Shown here piece by piece: positions 1 through 13,200 of a DNA stretch of 64,000 nucleotides (positions within the stretch are counted from its first letter, which is position 1; every line of letters begins with the position of its first letter). The notes below the pieces were generated by a model. That model searched no databases. It was not told the DNA's origin and saw only the letters and a program-made list of their open reading frames with translations. The translations under genes were made by a program, and so were the position numbers. The DNA is from Zygnema circumcarinatum SAG 698-1b (Eukaryota > Plantae > Zygnematophyceae): contig CM074822.1 of assembly GCA_037447605.1 (NCBI GenBank), forward strand, positions 209,492 through 273,491, written 5' to 3'.

Positions 1-359
1 GAGTGTGAGCGTAAGTACGAACCTTTTTTCATCATGATCTTATGTTTCCGAAATTTTCTCGATCTTTTTGAACATCGTCATCTCCAGGACCGGGTCCTTC
101 CGAAATCTGTCCATGGTTATTTGCTATAAAACACATAAGTCAAGCGTAAGTACGAACGTTATGTACATCATGATGTCATTTTTATCATTTTTTTTTTTTT
201 TTTGGTAATTTTCAAAACTGCGAAATGTCCAAATTTCCAGATGTCCAGGATTTTAAAATTTCCAGCTTTTCAAAATTTCCAGCGATTTCCAGCGATTTCC
301 AGCGAAGTCCAGAGGACTTAAAATCTTTTAAGTCCAGAGGACTGTACTTTTAAGTCCAG

Positions 360-572
360 AGGACTGACTGACTATGGACGGACAACCTAGCTGACTGACT
401 GACTGGTCGACTGACTGACAAACACTGACTGACTTCTGAATGACTGACTGACAGACGGACTCACGGTTTGACCGACTGACTGACTGACTGACTGACTTGT
501 TAGTTTGTTGACTTTTTTGTTTGTAAAAGTCACACACGAAAATACACACACACACACACACACTCTCACACA

Positions 573-625
<53 letters not shown>

Positions 626-710
626 ACTCACACACACAAAATCGACTGTCACAGACACTGACTGACTTCTGATTGACTGACAGACAGACGGACAGACTGA
701 CAGACTGACT
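360..710. repeat. Compound (GACT)n / (CA)n microsatellite, ending at an N gap
   Basis: Read directly. Confidence 0.93.
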
Positions 711-720
711 NNNNNNNNNN
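711..720. other. Assembly gap (10 N); others at 1266-1275, 35786-35795 and 54354-54363
   Basis: Fixed-length N runs within low-complexity tracts; true gap size unknown. Confidence 0.95.
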
Positions 721-1452
721 GCCTCCATCCTTCTTCAACACCCTCTTCAACTTCTTCCTTCGCCCTTCCACCATTTTCCCTCTCACCACACTCCATGTTC
801 CTTCCTCCGCCTTCCTCCTCAACACCCTTCTTCCTCCTCCTCCTTCCTCAACACCCTCTCCTTTTTCTTCCTTCGCCCTTCCACCATTCTCCCTTTCACC
901 ACACTCCATGTTCCTTCCTCCTCCTTCCTCTTTCCTCCTCCTCCTCCACCAATCATTATTTGTCGGTCATTTCGGTTTCTCTGGTAGGAAGAAATGCAGC
1001 AGTTGTTGCAGCAGCAGAACGGCAGAGAAACCGCAGCGACATAAGGTTTGGTTACGGTAGATTTCTGAACAAAACGGCAGCAAGCACCACCAGCAACTCC
1101 TCAGCTAGACAGGCGAGTGTAAGAAATGGAAGTCGGGAGGAGGTGGAGAACAGGGGAAGATGATATCGCGGTTGTTCCGTAGGAGTTTCGTCATCGAAAC
1201 GTCGTCGACGTCCCCGTACAGGCACGAAACGGCTCTATTTGGCTCTATTCGGCTCTCTTTTTTTTNNNNNNNNNNTTTTTTTACGTTTTTCGTAATCGCG
1301 GGATTGTGATTGTCGGTTGACAATGCCCGAAGCGGCACGCGTGGTGCGCGGCTCCACGCTGCGTCACGACTACGCGGTGTCTCGCAGCGAGGGATGGCTG
1401 ACGTCATCATGAATCAATAGTGGCTGATCGGACGGTGCAAAATTCGCGACGA

Positions 1453-1792
1453 GCGCGTGCGACACCGGCGACGTCGTTCATGCGACACGCGCATACGACG
1501 CGCAGATGCGACGCGCGGCCGACCCGCGCGCGCGGCGCCGCCGAAAGGCGGAACAATAACCGTGAAGCAGGGCTGGCCAGTGGCGAGACGCCGCGTGGCT
1601 CTTGCTAGCCCGTGGCGGTTCGCCACGTGGCCGGATCACCGTCGTGTGTCAGCGCTAGAGGTATCTAGCGGGTTCACCGCGTTCGGCGGGTGGACTAGCC
1701 GTGTCGCGCCCGCGCGACGCGCGCGTGCGACACCGGCGACGTCGTTCATGCGACACGCGCATACGACGCGCAGATGCGACGCGCGGCCGACC
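1453..1792. repeat. Identical 72-bp CpG-rich direct repeats at 1453-1524 and 1721-1792
   Basis: Base-by-base comparison. Confidence 0.93.
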
Positions 1793-2765
1793 GGTTGGCC
1801 TGTTGACTTTCGTAACTTTCCTTTTCCGTCAATTTTTGTTCGCGCCCGCGCGACGAACGAAGCGGCGGAAAGAAGCGTCAGTGGAGTCGCCTCCGAATGT
1901 CGGCTACGAATCAAGTGGTGCCATGTGGACCACTCATGCGTGGGTCCGCGAATCTGAACGAACGGCTGTACGGACGGTAGCCGGAAAATGGCGAAAGAGA
2001 CCTGACGGTCAAAGGATCTACAACAGGAGGGCAATCGGTAGGTCAACCGTCGCCGTCACCGTACTGGCACGAAACGGCTGTATTTGGACAATCGTTGTGG
2101 ACGAGGATGTGGGTTCATTTTTGTACGATTTTTGCAATCGCAGGATTGTGATTGTCGGTTGACAATGCTTGAAACGGGATGTTTGTACCGGTATGTGTTG
2201 GTAAACCGTAACAGCTTGTGTTGTCAAACTATGGACACGCAAGATTTGGAATGGTTCGGTTGACAACGCCCGAAACGGTCATCGTGTTGGTCAAATTAAA
2301 AACCGCTCTAATGTACCGTGTCGTGTTTGACAGATACGTAACAGCTCTATTTGTAGTTTGACAAACGGTAGCCGTTGCCGAATCCATTGTTACGACAGCC
2401 TTATTTGATGTGACTTAATAAATCGGAAGCAAACTTTCATTGAACTCGCGATGGCGAGGCCATCAAATGTACATGGATAAAGGCAAAATGTGGAACCACG
2501 AAGGACTGGTCACAAAGGACCGAAACACAATAAAACAAAGCTAGGAGCGGAAAACTACGCCTAGGCACAACAACGCAGCCTTAATAAATAGTTTTGTTCG
2601 TTGATCATTTGCGTTCAGTTCGGCTTGGACGTCGTTGGTTTCTGCTGTGCCAAGCTACGTGGAATTTCTGTCACTTCATCACGGTACAAATCTAACCTCC
2701 CTTTTTTGCGTTGCCGTAGGCAAAAGCTTAGTCATCGTTTTGATCCGTACGACGGCTTCGATTAT

Positions 2766-3165
2766 GTTGTCAAAGATTAATTTAATGAAAATGGGGTATA
2801 GTTGCCGCGAGTCTGACGTTGCCACGTCGCGCGTGCTGATTGGTTGTGCGTTTCGTTGGATCGAATGCGCAGAAAATGGGGTATATCGCGTTCCCATTCT
2901 GTCATTGCCACGGGTCGTTTTCTACGTACGACAGCGTTCGATTTTGATGTTTTATGTGGCGTACGGATTCGGTTAGGTTGTCAAAGATGGATTTAATGAA
3001 AATGGGGTATAGTTGCCACGAGTCTGACGTTGCCACGTCGCGCGTCCTGATTGGTTGTGCGTTTCGTTGGATCGAATGCGCAGAAAAAGGGGTATATCGC
3101 GCTCCCATTCTGTCATTGCCACGTGTCGTTTTCTATGTACGACAGCGTTCGTTTTGAATGTTTTA
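2766..3165. repeat. 211-bp tandem duplication (two copies)
   Basis: Copies start GTTGTCAAAGAT at 2766 and 2977 and align with few substitutions. Confidence 0.92.
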
Positions 3166-4597
3166 CGGGACGTATTGTTGTAAATAGGGTATGTGTCGCA
3201 GCGTGTTAAAAGTGGCCACGTGGTGCATTCTAATTGGTTAAATCGCACCTCGCGCAACTGAACAGAACACAATATTAAACAGCTTATGTGTTCGATCAGT
3301 TTCCGTTTCAGTTCACTTCACATAATTAAGGTTCGAAGACATTTCTATAAAAAGGCAACGCACGAGGATCTTGATCCGCAGCCTGTTGTTTTTCCTTGTT
3401 GAATGAAGTTGGACCATGAAATCGCTCCCTAAATAAAATAAGATCAATCAAATTTCTGAAGTTGATCTCGCAAGTGCGGCCGCCCAGCCGCGCTGACGGG
3501 AAGGGAAACAGAACAGTTCCCACAACGAACGCCACTTGCCGTCAGCAGGAGCCGCCACGCGCCGCCAATCGCCGCCCTTTCTTTTCCGGAAATTGTGGCC
3601 GCCAATCGGCCTCGAAGCGTCCGCCGCCTCTTTTGTCTCTAGCGGCGCGCCAACCGACAGCTCGCGCCAGTGGGCCATCTGGCACTTAAGACAAAAATAT
3701 ACTTTGTCGCTTTGCGGAGGAGGCGCCGTAAGCAGTTCTTCGCGACAAGATAGAAGGATTCGAATTTTAGATTCTCAGGAAGAGACAGAAATGTACTTTT
3801 GGCCGTTAGTATTGAAGCTGGCGGCAAGTCCTTACTGGGCGCATATGCGACAAAAAATCGTAGGACCCAAAGCTAGACAGGTGGCATATAGTGACATGTG
3901 TTGACGTCATTACACGTGCGAGAGGGCCCGATATCTCGTGCAAGTTGCGGGGTGGATTCGGTTTGGACTTTACCTCGCGAATCGACGGCTTGAAAATAAT
4001 AAGACAAAACCACGTGGCAGGCGGAAAGGCGCCCCTGGGGTAGGGCGATCTGACCGCCCCCGAGAAAAGGCGGTTGCCAAGATTTGCGTACGAACGTGTA
4101 CGAATTCGTACAATTTTCTTACAACCTTCGTACGGTTGGTGTTTGTCCGTACTAGCCAGGTGGTGTACGAAAGTGTACGAAACTGTGTCAAGCATTGCCA
4201 CGTCACTGTTCTTTGACACGTGGCACGTCACGAGGGGCGCCTTTATTCCCTCCACGAAAGAAAACAAATTGCGCTAAAAAACCTAAAATCCATAGAAGGG
4301 AGAAAAAAATCACTTTTTGGTGCCCGTTAATTCGGGCAGCTTTAGAAATGACACCCCAGACTGTTCCAGAATCCATCCCAGCTAGAAGTTCTTTTTTATT
4401 TGCTACCCGTAGAGTTTGGAAGTTTTTCGCGGGCGTCCTTTTGCTGCACTTTTGCTGCCCCGCGAAAGGCGGGCAGGTGAAAACTTTTACATTTGGAGGG
4501 CTTGATTTGAAAAGTCAGCTGGCCATGGCTCCCCCCTTGAGAGGCGGCCTTTGGGTCCGCTCCGGAACCTGAGGGGGCGAGCCAGGCGCCGGGACGC

Positions 4598-4680
4598 GCT
4601 CCTTCGCACGTGCGGGCGCATTTTCGCACGTGCGTGGACGCTTTTTCACGCGCGGGGACTATTTTACACGTGCGGGGACG
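4598..4680. promoter_or_regulatory. Array of G-box-like (CACGTG) sites upstream of the histidine kinase
   Basis: TTCGCACGTGCG twice, TTTTCACGCGCG and TTTACACGTGCG at ~21-bp spacing; function is inferred. Confidence 0.4.
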
Positions 4681-5242
4681 GTCTCTGAGGACCTGCTTGC
4701 TGTCTCTCTGGGAGAATGTCGCAGAAAAGGTGAAGGAATGCGTCTTGCAGGGCCTTTCGAGAACAAAAAAGTTGAGATAAAGCGATTTTAGGGTTTCTGG
4801 AAGCCGTGATTGAGTGCGGAGATTTCTAACAAGTGTCAAAGTTAGGGTTAATGCCTTTTGTTGTGAGCCTTTGGAGCTTCCAAGCGTCTCAGGAGGTTGC
4901 AAAGGGTTGCAAAACTCTGCATCTGCAATCAGCAAGGCGTTTGCGGATCATTAGGACGTGCATCTTTACGTTTTCGCATCATCCTTTCCTTAATGTTTGA
5001 TCGTCGGACGGTTCTGCATATCATTGATGACTCGAATCCATTGCATTCACAAGCCTCTGCTACCATCAGGGAAGCATGGTGCATTCATCCTCGATTTTTC
5101 TGCAAGCGCGTTCAGCGAGGAAGTAAGGAAGCCAGGAGGCGTTTTCTTCCTGATTTGAAAGCACTAGTGGGGAAATATTTGTTTAGAAACATTCAGCAGG
5201 TGCACTCCCTATGCATTGTGCACAAATGAGGGCTCACTAGGA

Positions 5243-5290
<48 letters not shown>

Positions 5291-6014
5291 GTCTCCCTCT
5301 CTCGCTAAGGATTTTATCCGCATCCTCTTCTTGTCACGGCGCCATTGTGTGTTGAATATGGCAATGAACATGGACACGGCATTGCAGTGAAGACAGACAT
5401 GATATGCCCTCCCTGCCAGCTGTCATTGTTCTGTGTGAAACTGCTTATCATGCAGGGTCGAGGGGGAGGAGGTTAGAGTGGTAGCTTGCTCGAAGAATAG
5501 ACAGCCATCGTGTGTGTGTAGGGGCGTTAGGCTCCAGAGGTCGAAGAATTTAGCTTTGACTTATTGGCAGAGGTAGAAGTGATGAGATATTGTCTGGATT
5601 TTCTGTATTCTATTTTCGCTCCCTCTGTTGAGTTTGAAAGGGAGGGATGGTGAATCTTACAGCAAACGCGTTGCCTTGCTTCGGAAGTCAGTGATGCAAT
5701 AGGCAGTATCGAAGTAATTCTATACACTCTTAACTTATCTGCCTTGTGGCGTTTGCCTTACAGGTTTTTCGCGGTCAAAACCCCCCTTTCCGTCTCCATG
5801 ATAGTTTGACGTTGCCCAGCAATAGCAATTAGGTTAAGTTACTCTTCATTCCAGCCATTTTTTCTGGCACTGACTTCCCAGTCCCTTAAATAACTAAGGC
5901 TGGATTTTCATGAAAAGGGATAGGACCATTCCCATCCTCATGCGGAGACAGTAAAGCTCTACAAGTCAGAGAGTGAGAGTGAGAAACTTTTGGCAGGCAG
6001 CAAGTTTAGCCGCA

Positions 6015-7828
6015 ATGTCTCATTCTGGTCGAGCCTCCCCACCGCCGGGCTCCCTATACTCGGAGCTCTCCCTCTCAAGTCAGCTGACAGGATTAGCAGC
6101 ACAGCTGTCAGGTCGCAAAGACGATGCTTTCCCTGAAGTTCCAACTTTGATCACTGGGAGCTCTTCTCCCTTTGAATGGGGCCACTTAGGGAAAACCGCA
6201 GATGTGAGCACTCCAAAGATCATGCGAAAACCCGCAGATCTTCCTCCTCTTCGGATTGAGAGATCGGAAGACAACGATGGTGACAATTTTCAATGCAAAG
6301 TTTTGGTCCTGGATTCTGAAGAGACCGGTTGGAATGCAACAGGGAAAGAAGAGAGTCGGTCATCTGAAACAGAAGCTTTTCACTTGAACGATAGAGGGAG
6401 TAGGAGTGAAGAGGGGCCAAGTTCAAGCAGAGAGTCAGGAGCAAATGCAGGCAGTGTTTGGACAGGATCACATGAAGAGAGCCACCTGAAAGAGTCAACT
6501 CAGGAGAGGAGTGGGGGGTCGAAGGGACGGGTGGGAGATGAACTCACAATGGAGGAGGAGTTGGCTATGGCGGACGAAATGTGGAGGAAAAACAGGGAGG
6601 TTGTTTTGCATATGCCCTACGGCAGAGCACAATCTCCGAGAGCGAATGATCCGTTGTTGGGTCATTCTTTTGATGCGAGTGGGAGAGATGTATCTCATCT
6701 TATGAACAGGATGATGGAAACAGCTGCTGGCAAGGATGGGGAGGCAGATGACAGTAGCATGAATGGGAGCAAAGAGAGGGGAGTTTTAGCAACGGTTATG
6801 CATTTCTTTGACAAGATGCCGCAAATTCGTCTGAAGCCCACCCAAAGACGGCTATTGATAGCTGGTTGGCTTTTGATTGGACTAGGGATTGCGTTGTTCG
6901 TACTTATTCATGGAATTCTGTCGGCAAACAGTGATCGGAAAAATAACCTTGCTGCACAGTGTGAACGCGAGTCGGACCGTTTGGTTGATGCTTTTGGAGC
7001 TGGTGTGCATCAGGTGAGTTTATCGCTTTATCCTCTCCTTTAAAATTATTTTTCATCTCATCCTTTGTTCCCATCGGTAAGGCCAAGTCCTCCTGCATTC
7101 TGAATGGCGAATGTGGAGGTAGCTTGCATGGAAAAGGCTGCCTATTCATTGCCGTTGAAACATGTCTATAATTTGCTAGCATGAATTAAAAAACTTCTTC
7201 TTCGTCTTCTTCTTCTTCTTTTCTTCTTGCATCGTCGCAGGTTGAGTCCTACAGGGGACTCATTGAAACGTTCTTTGTGCGACCTTCCGAGCCACGAATG
7301 AACCAGTCTGATTTTGCTTTCTACTCTAACAGCACTGCTTTTACCAGGTATATGCTTGAACCTTTCACCCTTAAACGTTGCCATTCCTACTCCTGCTCTC
7401 TCTAGCTTTACCCCGCAGTGATGTTGCTCCCTTGTGAACTAAACATCAACTTAAACATCAACTTAAACTTATGGTTAAAGTGAGCAGTACGGTTGAGAGA
7501 GCGGCTCGGTCAGCAAACTGGCTCACTTTTCAATCTGTGTTTTCATTTTTTACGACTGTGCAGACCCTTCACAAATACTATTGTGTTCACTCCTAAAGTC
7601 TTTCAAGGGGAGAGAGCTGCTTTTGAAGCAGTCCGAGGTCCCATTCTCTCTCTTGACGGCAGCTCTGCCCCATCTGCCACTCTCTACGCACCCGCTATGT
7701 TCTCATCTGCTGATGTTGCCCCCCACATACTCATGCGTGACATGTTTGAAGGTAAGCTGCTCTGCTTATTCATGTTTGCAGCTTTTCTACCCATCAAGTG
7801 TAGACTCCGCAGAGACAAGAGCGGGAGA

Positions 7829-7861
<33 letters not shown>

Positions 7862-7897
7862 TCTCTCGCTCTCTCTCTCTTTCTCTCTCTCTCTCTT

Positions 7898-7943
<46 letters not shown>

Positions 7944-10205
7944 GTATGGAGCATCACCGGCATGTAGCTTATATTTCTTTGTGTTTGCATGTGTGGGGTT
8001 GTACCATCTGCAGACCCAAACTATGCTTCAGCTGCAGAAGCAGCTGTACAGGCAGGAAGATGGGCTCTCTCTCCCCCCCACTTCATTAGCAACTCCACTC
8101 GTCTTGGTCTCACCTGGGCATCTCCCTTTTACCAACCCAACCTTCCTATTACAAGCAACACCTCTGAAGAGAGAATGCAAGCTCTCCTAGGTTGGCTCGG
8201 AGCTATCATCAATTTTCACTCCACAATGGCAGAAATGAACTCCTCTGTTCAAGACACCCGTATTCACATGTTTGTGTATGACGTCACCAACGAGACCGAA
8301 CCTCTGCTTCTCTATCAACCACCCCAATACTCCCTTAACTCTTCCTCTCTTACAGTATCTTCCAGGTTGGGTCAGGTCGGATTTCAGCTAAACTTTTCCG
8401 ACCCTGCCCGGACATTTGAGATGCGTTGTTCAAGCAGGGGGGCAGCTCCCTTTCCGTGGGCAGCTGTGGAGTGGGCATTGGCAGTTATGGCTATGTGCTT
8501 CCTTCTCGCATTGCTTATGCATGGAATGCTGAAGAGGGTCAGTATGGTGGAGAGAGACTACGAGCGAATGGAGCGGCTGAAGAATGAAATGGCAGAGGCA
8601 AAGGCAGCAGCGGAATCAGCTGACGTGTTGAAAAGTAAGCACTTGAAGTATGAAGATGTTAGAATCACTGTACATTTTTCGCACGTTGTCATATTATCCT
8701 TTTCCATGTCAATGTCACTGCTGAGAGAGAGGCTATGCCTTGCATGTATGAGCCTGATTCTCATTAGGGGGAGTTTCTACACTCGTGTTTGGTGCAGGTC
8801 AGTTCCTTGCAACAGTGTCTCATGAATTTCGGACTCCTGTAAACGGTACGCTCCCTCCCTCTCCCTCTCCCTCTCCCTCTCCCTCTCCCTCTCCCTCCCT
8901 CCCCTCTCCCTCTCCCTCTCCTCTCCCTCTCCCTCTCTCCCTCTCCCTCCTCTCCCTCTCCTCTCCCTCTCCCTCTCCCTCCCTCCCTCCTCTCTTCTCC
9001 CTTTTGCTTGGTACTTGCACCAGGAGCTCTCCTTTTTCTTTCTCCCTTTCTGCTGTTTTCATTTGTTTTTGAAGTTGCCTTGCAGGTGTGCTAGGAATGC
9101 TCTCCCTCCTGCGAGATACCGACCTTACCACTGTGCAAGCAGATTATGTGGAAACTGCCCGCTCGAGCGGGCAGGCTCTGGCCAGCCTGCTTAGCGATGT
9201 GCTCGACTTTTCAAAGGTAATTTCGGAGCTTCACCACTCTTCATCTTCTTCACTCCTTCACACTGAAGAAGACTTTTTCTTCTTCTTCTTCTTCTTCGTC
9301 TTCGTCTTCTTCTTCTTCTTCTTCTTCTTCCTGCAGCCACTAGTGGTCATTTCTTGCCGCATTTGGAACAAGCAGTTGTGGGGGCAAGCATAGGACATTA
9401 AGGAAGGGTTGTGAATTTTCTCTGCAGACATGCAGCAAAGCATATTGTCATGATTGCAATTGGTAATGCATGGCAGCACCACACCATAGCATTCGGTGGA
9501 ATTGGAAGTCAAGCTTATTGAATGGAGCGGAAAAGAATGAAGATATCTGACTCCTGCTTGCTCTTCTTGGGATTCCTATGGGTGGCAGATTGAAGCTGGT
9601 CGCATGGATATGGAGATGCGGTAAGCTTTGAAAACACTTCTGCAGCTCATCTATTTCCGCAAACCTTAGTTCAAGTATTGCTCAGATGGTGAATATTAGT
9701 TCAAATATTGCTCAGATGGTGACATATTCACCTGACACGTGTATGATTTCCCTCCTTGCCTGTTGCAGACCGTTCAAAATCCGTGAAGTAGTTGACGATG
9801 TTCTCAACCTCTTTGCGGAGAATGTTCGACTGAAAGGCATAGAGCTGGCAGCCATAGTTCAGGATGCCATTCCCGCCATAATTGTGGGAGATCCGGCTCG
9901 GTTTCGACAGGTTCTCGTCAACCTCATAGGTGAGAAGAGCTCTCCCTCTCCCTCTCCCTCTCTCTCTCCCTCTCCCTCTCCCTCTCAAGAGCACAGCTGA
10001 CAATGAACTTGGACATATCTTACTTTCTTCACAGGCTTCTGTCTCCTCCCTACATATGTGGAAAAGGGTTAGAAGGGCTCGTTTAACTGTGTAGAAGTGA
10101 GGGTAGGCAGAACGTTTTGTTTCAACTTTGTTCTGTTCCTTCTTGTTTCAGCGATGGAAGCAGGAAACGTACCCAGCCATTAAGGGGACCACATCAAGGA
10201 TCAAA

Positions 10206-10237
<32 letters not shown>

Positions 10238-10238
10238 C

Positions 10239-10272
<34 letters not shown>

Positions 10273-13200
10273 TCGTGTTCTGGAGCAACTCATGTTCGTT
10301 TAGTAGGAATTCTGTTCTGATTTCAGGTTTCTTTTACTTATCGTTTTTCCAGGAAATGCCACAAAGTTCACTGATGAAGGCCATGTATTCGTAACAGTAC
10401 GAGCGGCTGAGGAATCCGAAGACCTTCGAACTACACACAGACCCCCTCCCTCACCTCCTGGGTCAGCATTCAGCAGCTTTTTGTATGTGAAGGAGGAGAC
10501 GGAGGAGAGGAAGCAAAAGAGCTGGGGAGATGCTGAAGAGGGTTTTATCGGCAGGAAGAGAAAGTCAGGGAGAGTGTTAAGGTCGGAGTCTGATGATGAG
10601 TCTTCTAGAAGAGTTGGTCGCCAAAGAGATCGCTCTAACACCCCCCCCCTCATCTCCTCCAACCCTATCTTTCGCAAGAGTGGGTGGGCAACCATGGATG
10701 GACATATTATGGGAAAATTCAGCACAGGCAATGAAGCTCACCACATTTTCCGTTCAGCCCCTCTTGCAGGGCCGCAAACCCATCAAGTGACTTCAGTAGT
10801 AGAGAAGCAGAAAGCTAAGTCTGCCGGCCCGTCCTCTCCCTCCAGTATGGGGATAGGGGTAGACATTGACAGTTGGAGTAGTCGAGGAGCTTCTACTTCT
10901 CTCTCATCAGAGAAGAAGATGTGGTCCACTTTGAGTGGGAGAGAAGCTGCCAATGAGGCACATACTCCGGAAAGGATGAGCTCATGGCTGCAGAAGAAAG
11001 CTGTTCACACAGAGACTGATGATAACCTTAGAAGTTGGTTGCGACTGGTAGTGGCGGTGGAGGATACAGGCTGTGGTAAGTAAATTGCGATATGAGAAGT
11101 GGTAGGAGAGGGAGGAAGGGAAGGGTGAGGCAGCATCTGCTTCTCGCTTTCTTGAGATGGGATCGTCTTTATAGCAGAGGGCTAATCTCGGCTTCATGTA
11201 TAACAACAACAAACAAGTCAATAAAACAAAACAACAAACAAACAAACAAACGAACAAACAAACTTGTTCGTTGTTCTTGCAACGAACAAGTCGCTATGCA
11301 GTAGCAAGCAAGTAACTTGATGTGTGTTGTTGTGTGGGGGGTTTACTACTTGAATTGTTGTGAATGGCAGGAATTCCCGAGGAAGCTCAAGCAGAGATTT
11401 TTCGGCCCTTTTCTCAGCTGGATGGCTCCACTATACGGGCTCACGCAGGAACTGGAATTGGACTTACTATCTCCCATCGTCTGGTAAGACCTACTGCAGA
11501 GAATACCTATTAAAATGAAAAAAAAAAAAGGTAAGCAAGCTTAAGAAGTTAACCTAAGCTAAGCTAAGGTAAGCTAAGTTTATTTAGCATTCACACGTTA
11601 CATATGCACCCCCAGTTGAGTGGGAGACCTAGATATAGCTGTGTTGCTGTCTGGAAACGATGAATGATTGACATGACTTTTGTTTATTAGACCCAATATG
11701 GTTGCTGAAATATTAGCAAAGTTTGAAACGAATGTGTCCTATATCTGAATCGCAGTTGGAAAAACTTTGGCAGGTTGAACTGCAAGGAGGTTCAATGGGA
11801 TTTGTCTCAAAACCCATGTGCGGGTCTACGTTCTTTTTTGACATAAAGTTTCAGCTGGCAAACCCTGATTCGCCCAGAAGTTCAAGAGTAATGAATAGCA
11901 TGGCAATGATTGAAGATCAGAGAGTAGTGCAGGGGGCAAAAAAACTGCAAGGCAAGCGAGCACTCATAATAGATGACTCAAGAGTGAGAGGACAAGTTTT
12001 AGCCTCTCTCCTAAAGCAGTTAGGAGTGCATGCAGATATCGCTCCCGATACAGACCATGCTATTCTTATGGCACAAACAATAGCAGCACAAGCAAAAGCT
12101 TTGCAGTCTATGGCTGCAGCTACCAATGGGAGTAGTGATAACCTTTCCAGAAACCACTCAGTTAGAGATTCAGAGGGTTTGGGTTCAGTCTCTACGAGTG
12201 GTAGTGGGGCAGTCACTCCCTCCAGTTCACACTCTCCCGCCGGTTCTATTTGGAGTACGAGTTGGGTTACTCCTATTACAAGCCCTCTCATCTCTCCCAC
12301 AGGAAGTTATAGTCACTCTCTATCTGATGATGGTCAGGTGAAGCAAATTTCACAAGGAAGCTGGGCGAGATATTTCTTAGATGCAGGAGAATTAGCTGTT
12401 CCCACTCCACCTCCACTTGCTGCTTCAGAAGCAGCTCAGAGATATGATGTGATATTTGCTGATACTGATTCTCGAGTATGGAAGAATCGATCAGAGGTTT
12501 TTTTCGAAGCATTGCGATCATATCCAGCTTTAGTCGGTATCCCCCTAATTTTAGTGCTGCAAAAACCCCCTGTTTCGGCTGAGATAGCTGCAAAGTCGGT
12601 AAGTTATAGGACATATCTCTATAAACCATTAAGGAGAGTGAAGTTAATATCTGCCATGGTAGAGGCAGTGGGAGTGGCTGCTGCTACGGAGAAATTTCGA
12701 CCTAAAACTCGCGAAACAAAGCAAGTGAACCCCCTTCTTGTGCAGCTGCTGAAAGGATTGACCTTCCTTGTGGTAGACGATAATCTCAGTAAGCTGTTCT
12801 TTCCTTGCTCAAAAAAATAGATTATCCTGCTCTTTTCTTTCTCATTACATGTTGTTGTTACTTGGAAGCAGCACGTTTTGCTTTTCAGTGTTTGTTTCGT
12901 GAAGCAGAAGTGTAATAATCTGAATGTGTTTACATTCTTTTTCTTTGAATGAACAGTAAACCGGAAAGTTGCGAGCAAAATGTTGGGGAAGTATGGAGTT
13001 ATCGCGGAATGCGTGGACGGGGGAGCAAAAGCTGTGGAAAAGATGAAGGAGGGTCATAATTTCTCTATGGTGTTGATGGATATTCAGGTATGCATTTCCC
13101 CTAGGAAGGTTACATTACAACATAGAAACTTAAAAAAAAAAAACTTTGAAAGTTTTTCTCCACTGCAAACGTTATAATGACCAACTTCATCACGAACCCA

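Noticed and set aside
734-925. ~75-bp pyrimidine-rich duplication and 122-aa ORF 795-1163
   Set aside because: A low-complexity local duplication next to an N gap, with no evidence of coding function.
1453-1792. TRIM or mini-LTR retroelement
   Set aside because: The 72-bp repeats lack TG...CA ends, and no PBS, PPT or TSD was recognised.
1160-2450. Hammerhead ribozyme or SRP/RNase MRP RNA
   Set aside because: No CTGANGA...GAAA core with proper stems, nor SRP or MRP conserved boxes, could be found by eye; an Infernal scan is still needed.
1105-4935. Many Arg/Ala-rich ORFs in the CpG-rich island
   Set aside because: No recognisable domain, overlapping on both strands, expected in GC-rich DNA; no transposase, RT or Rep/helicase motif seen.
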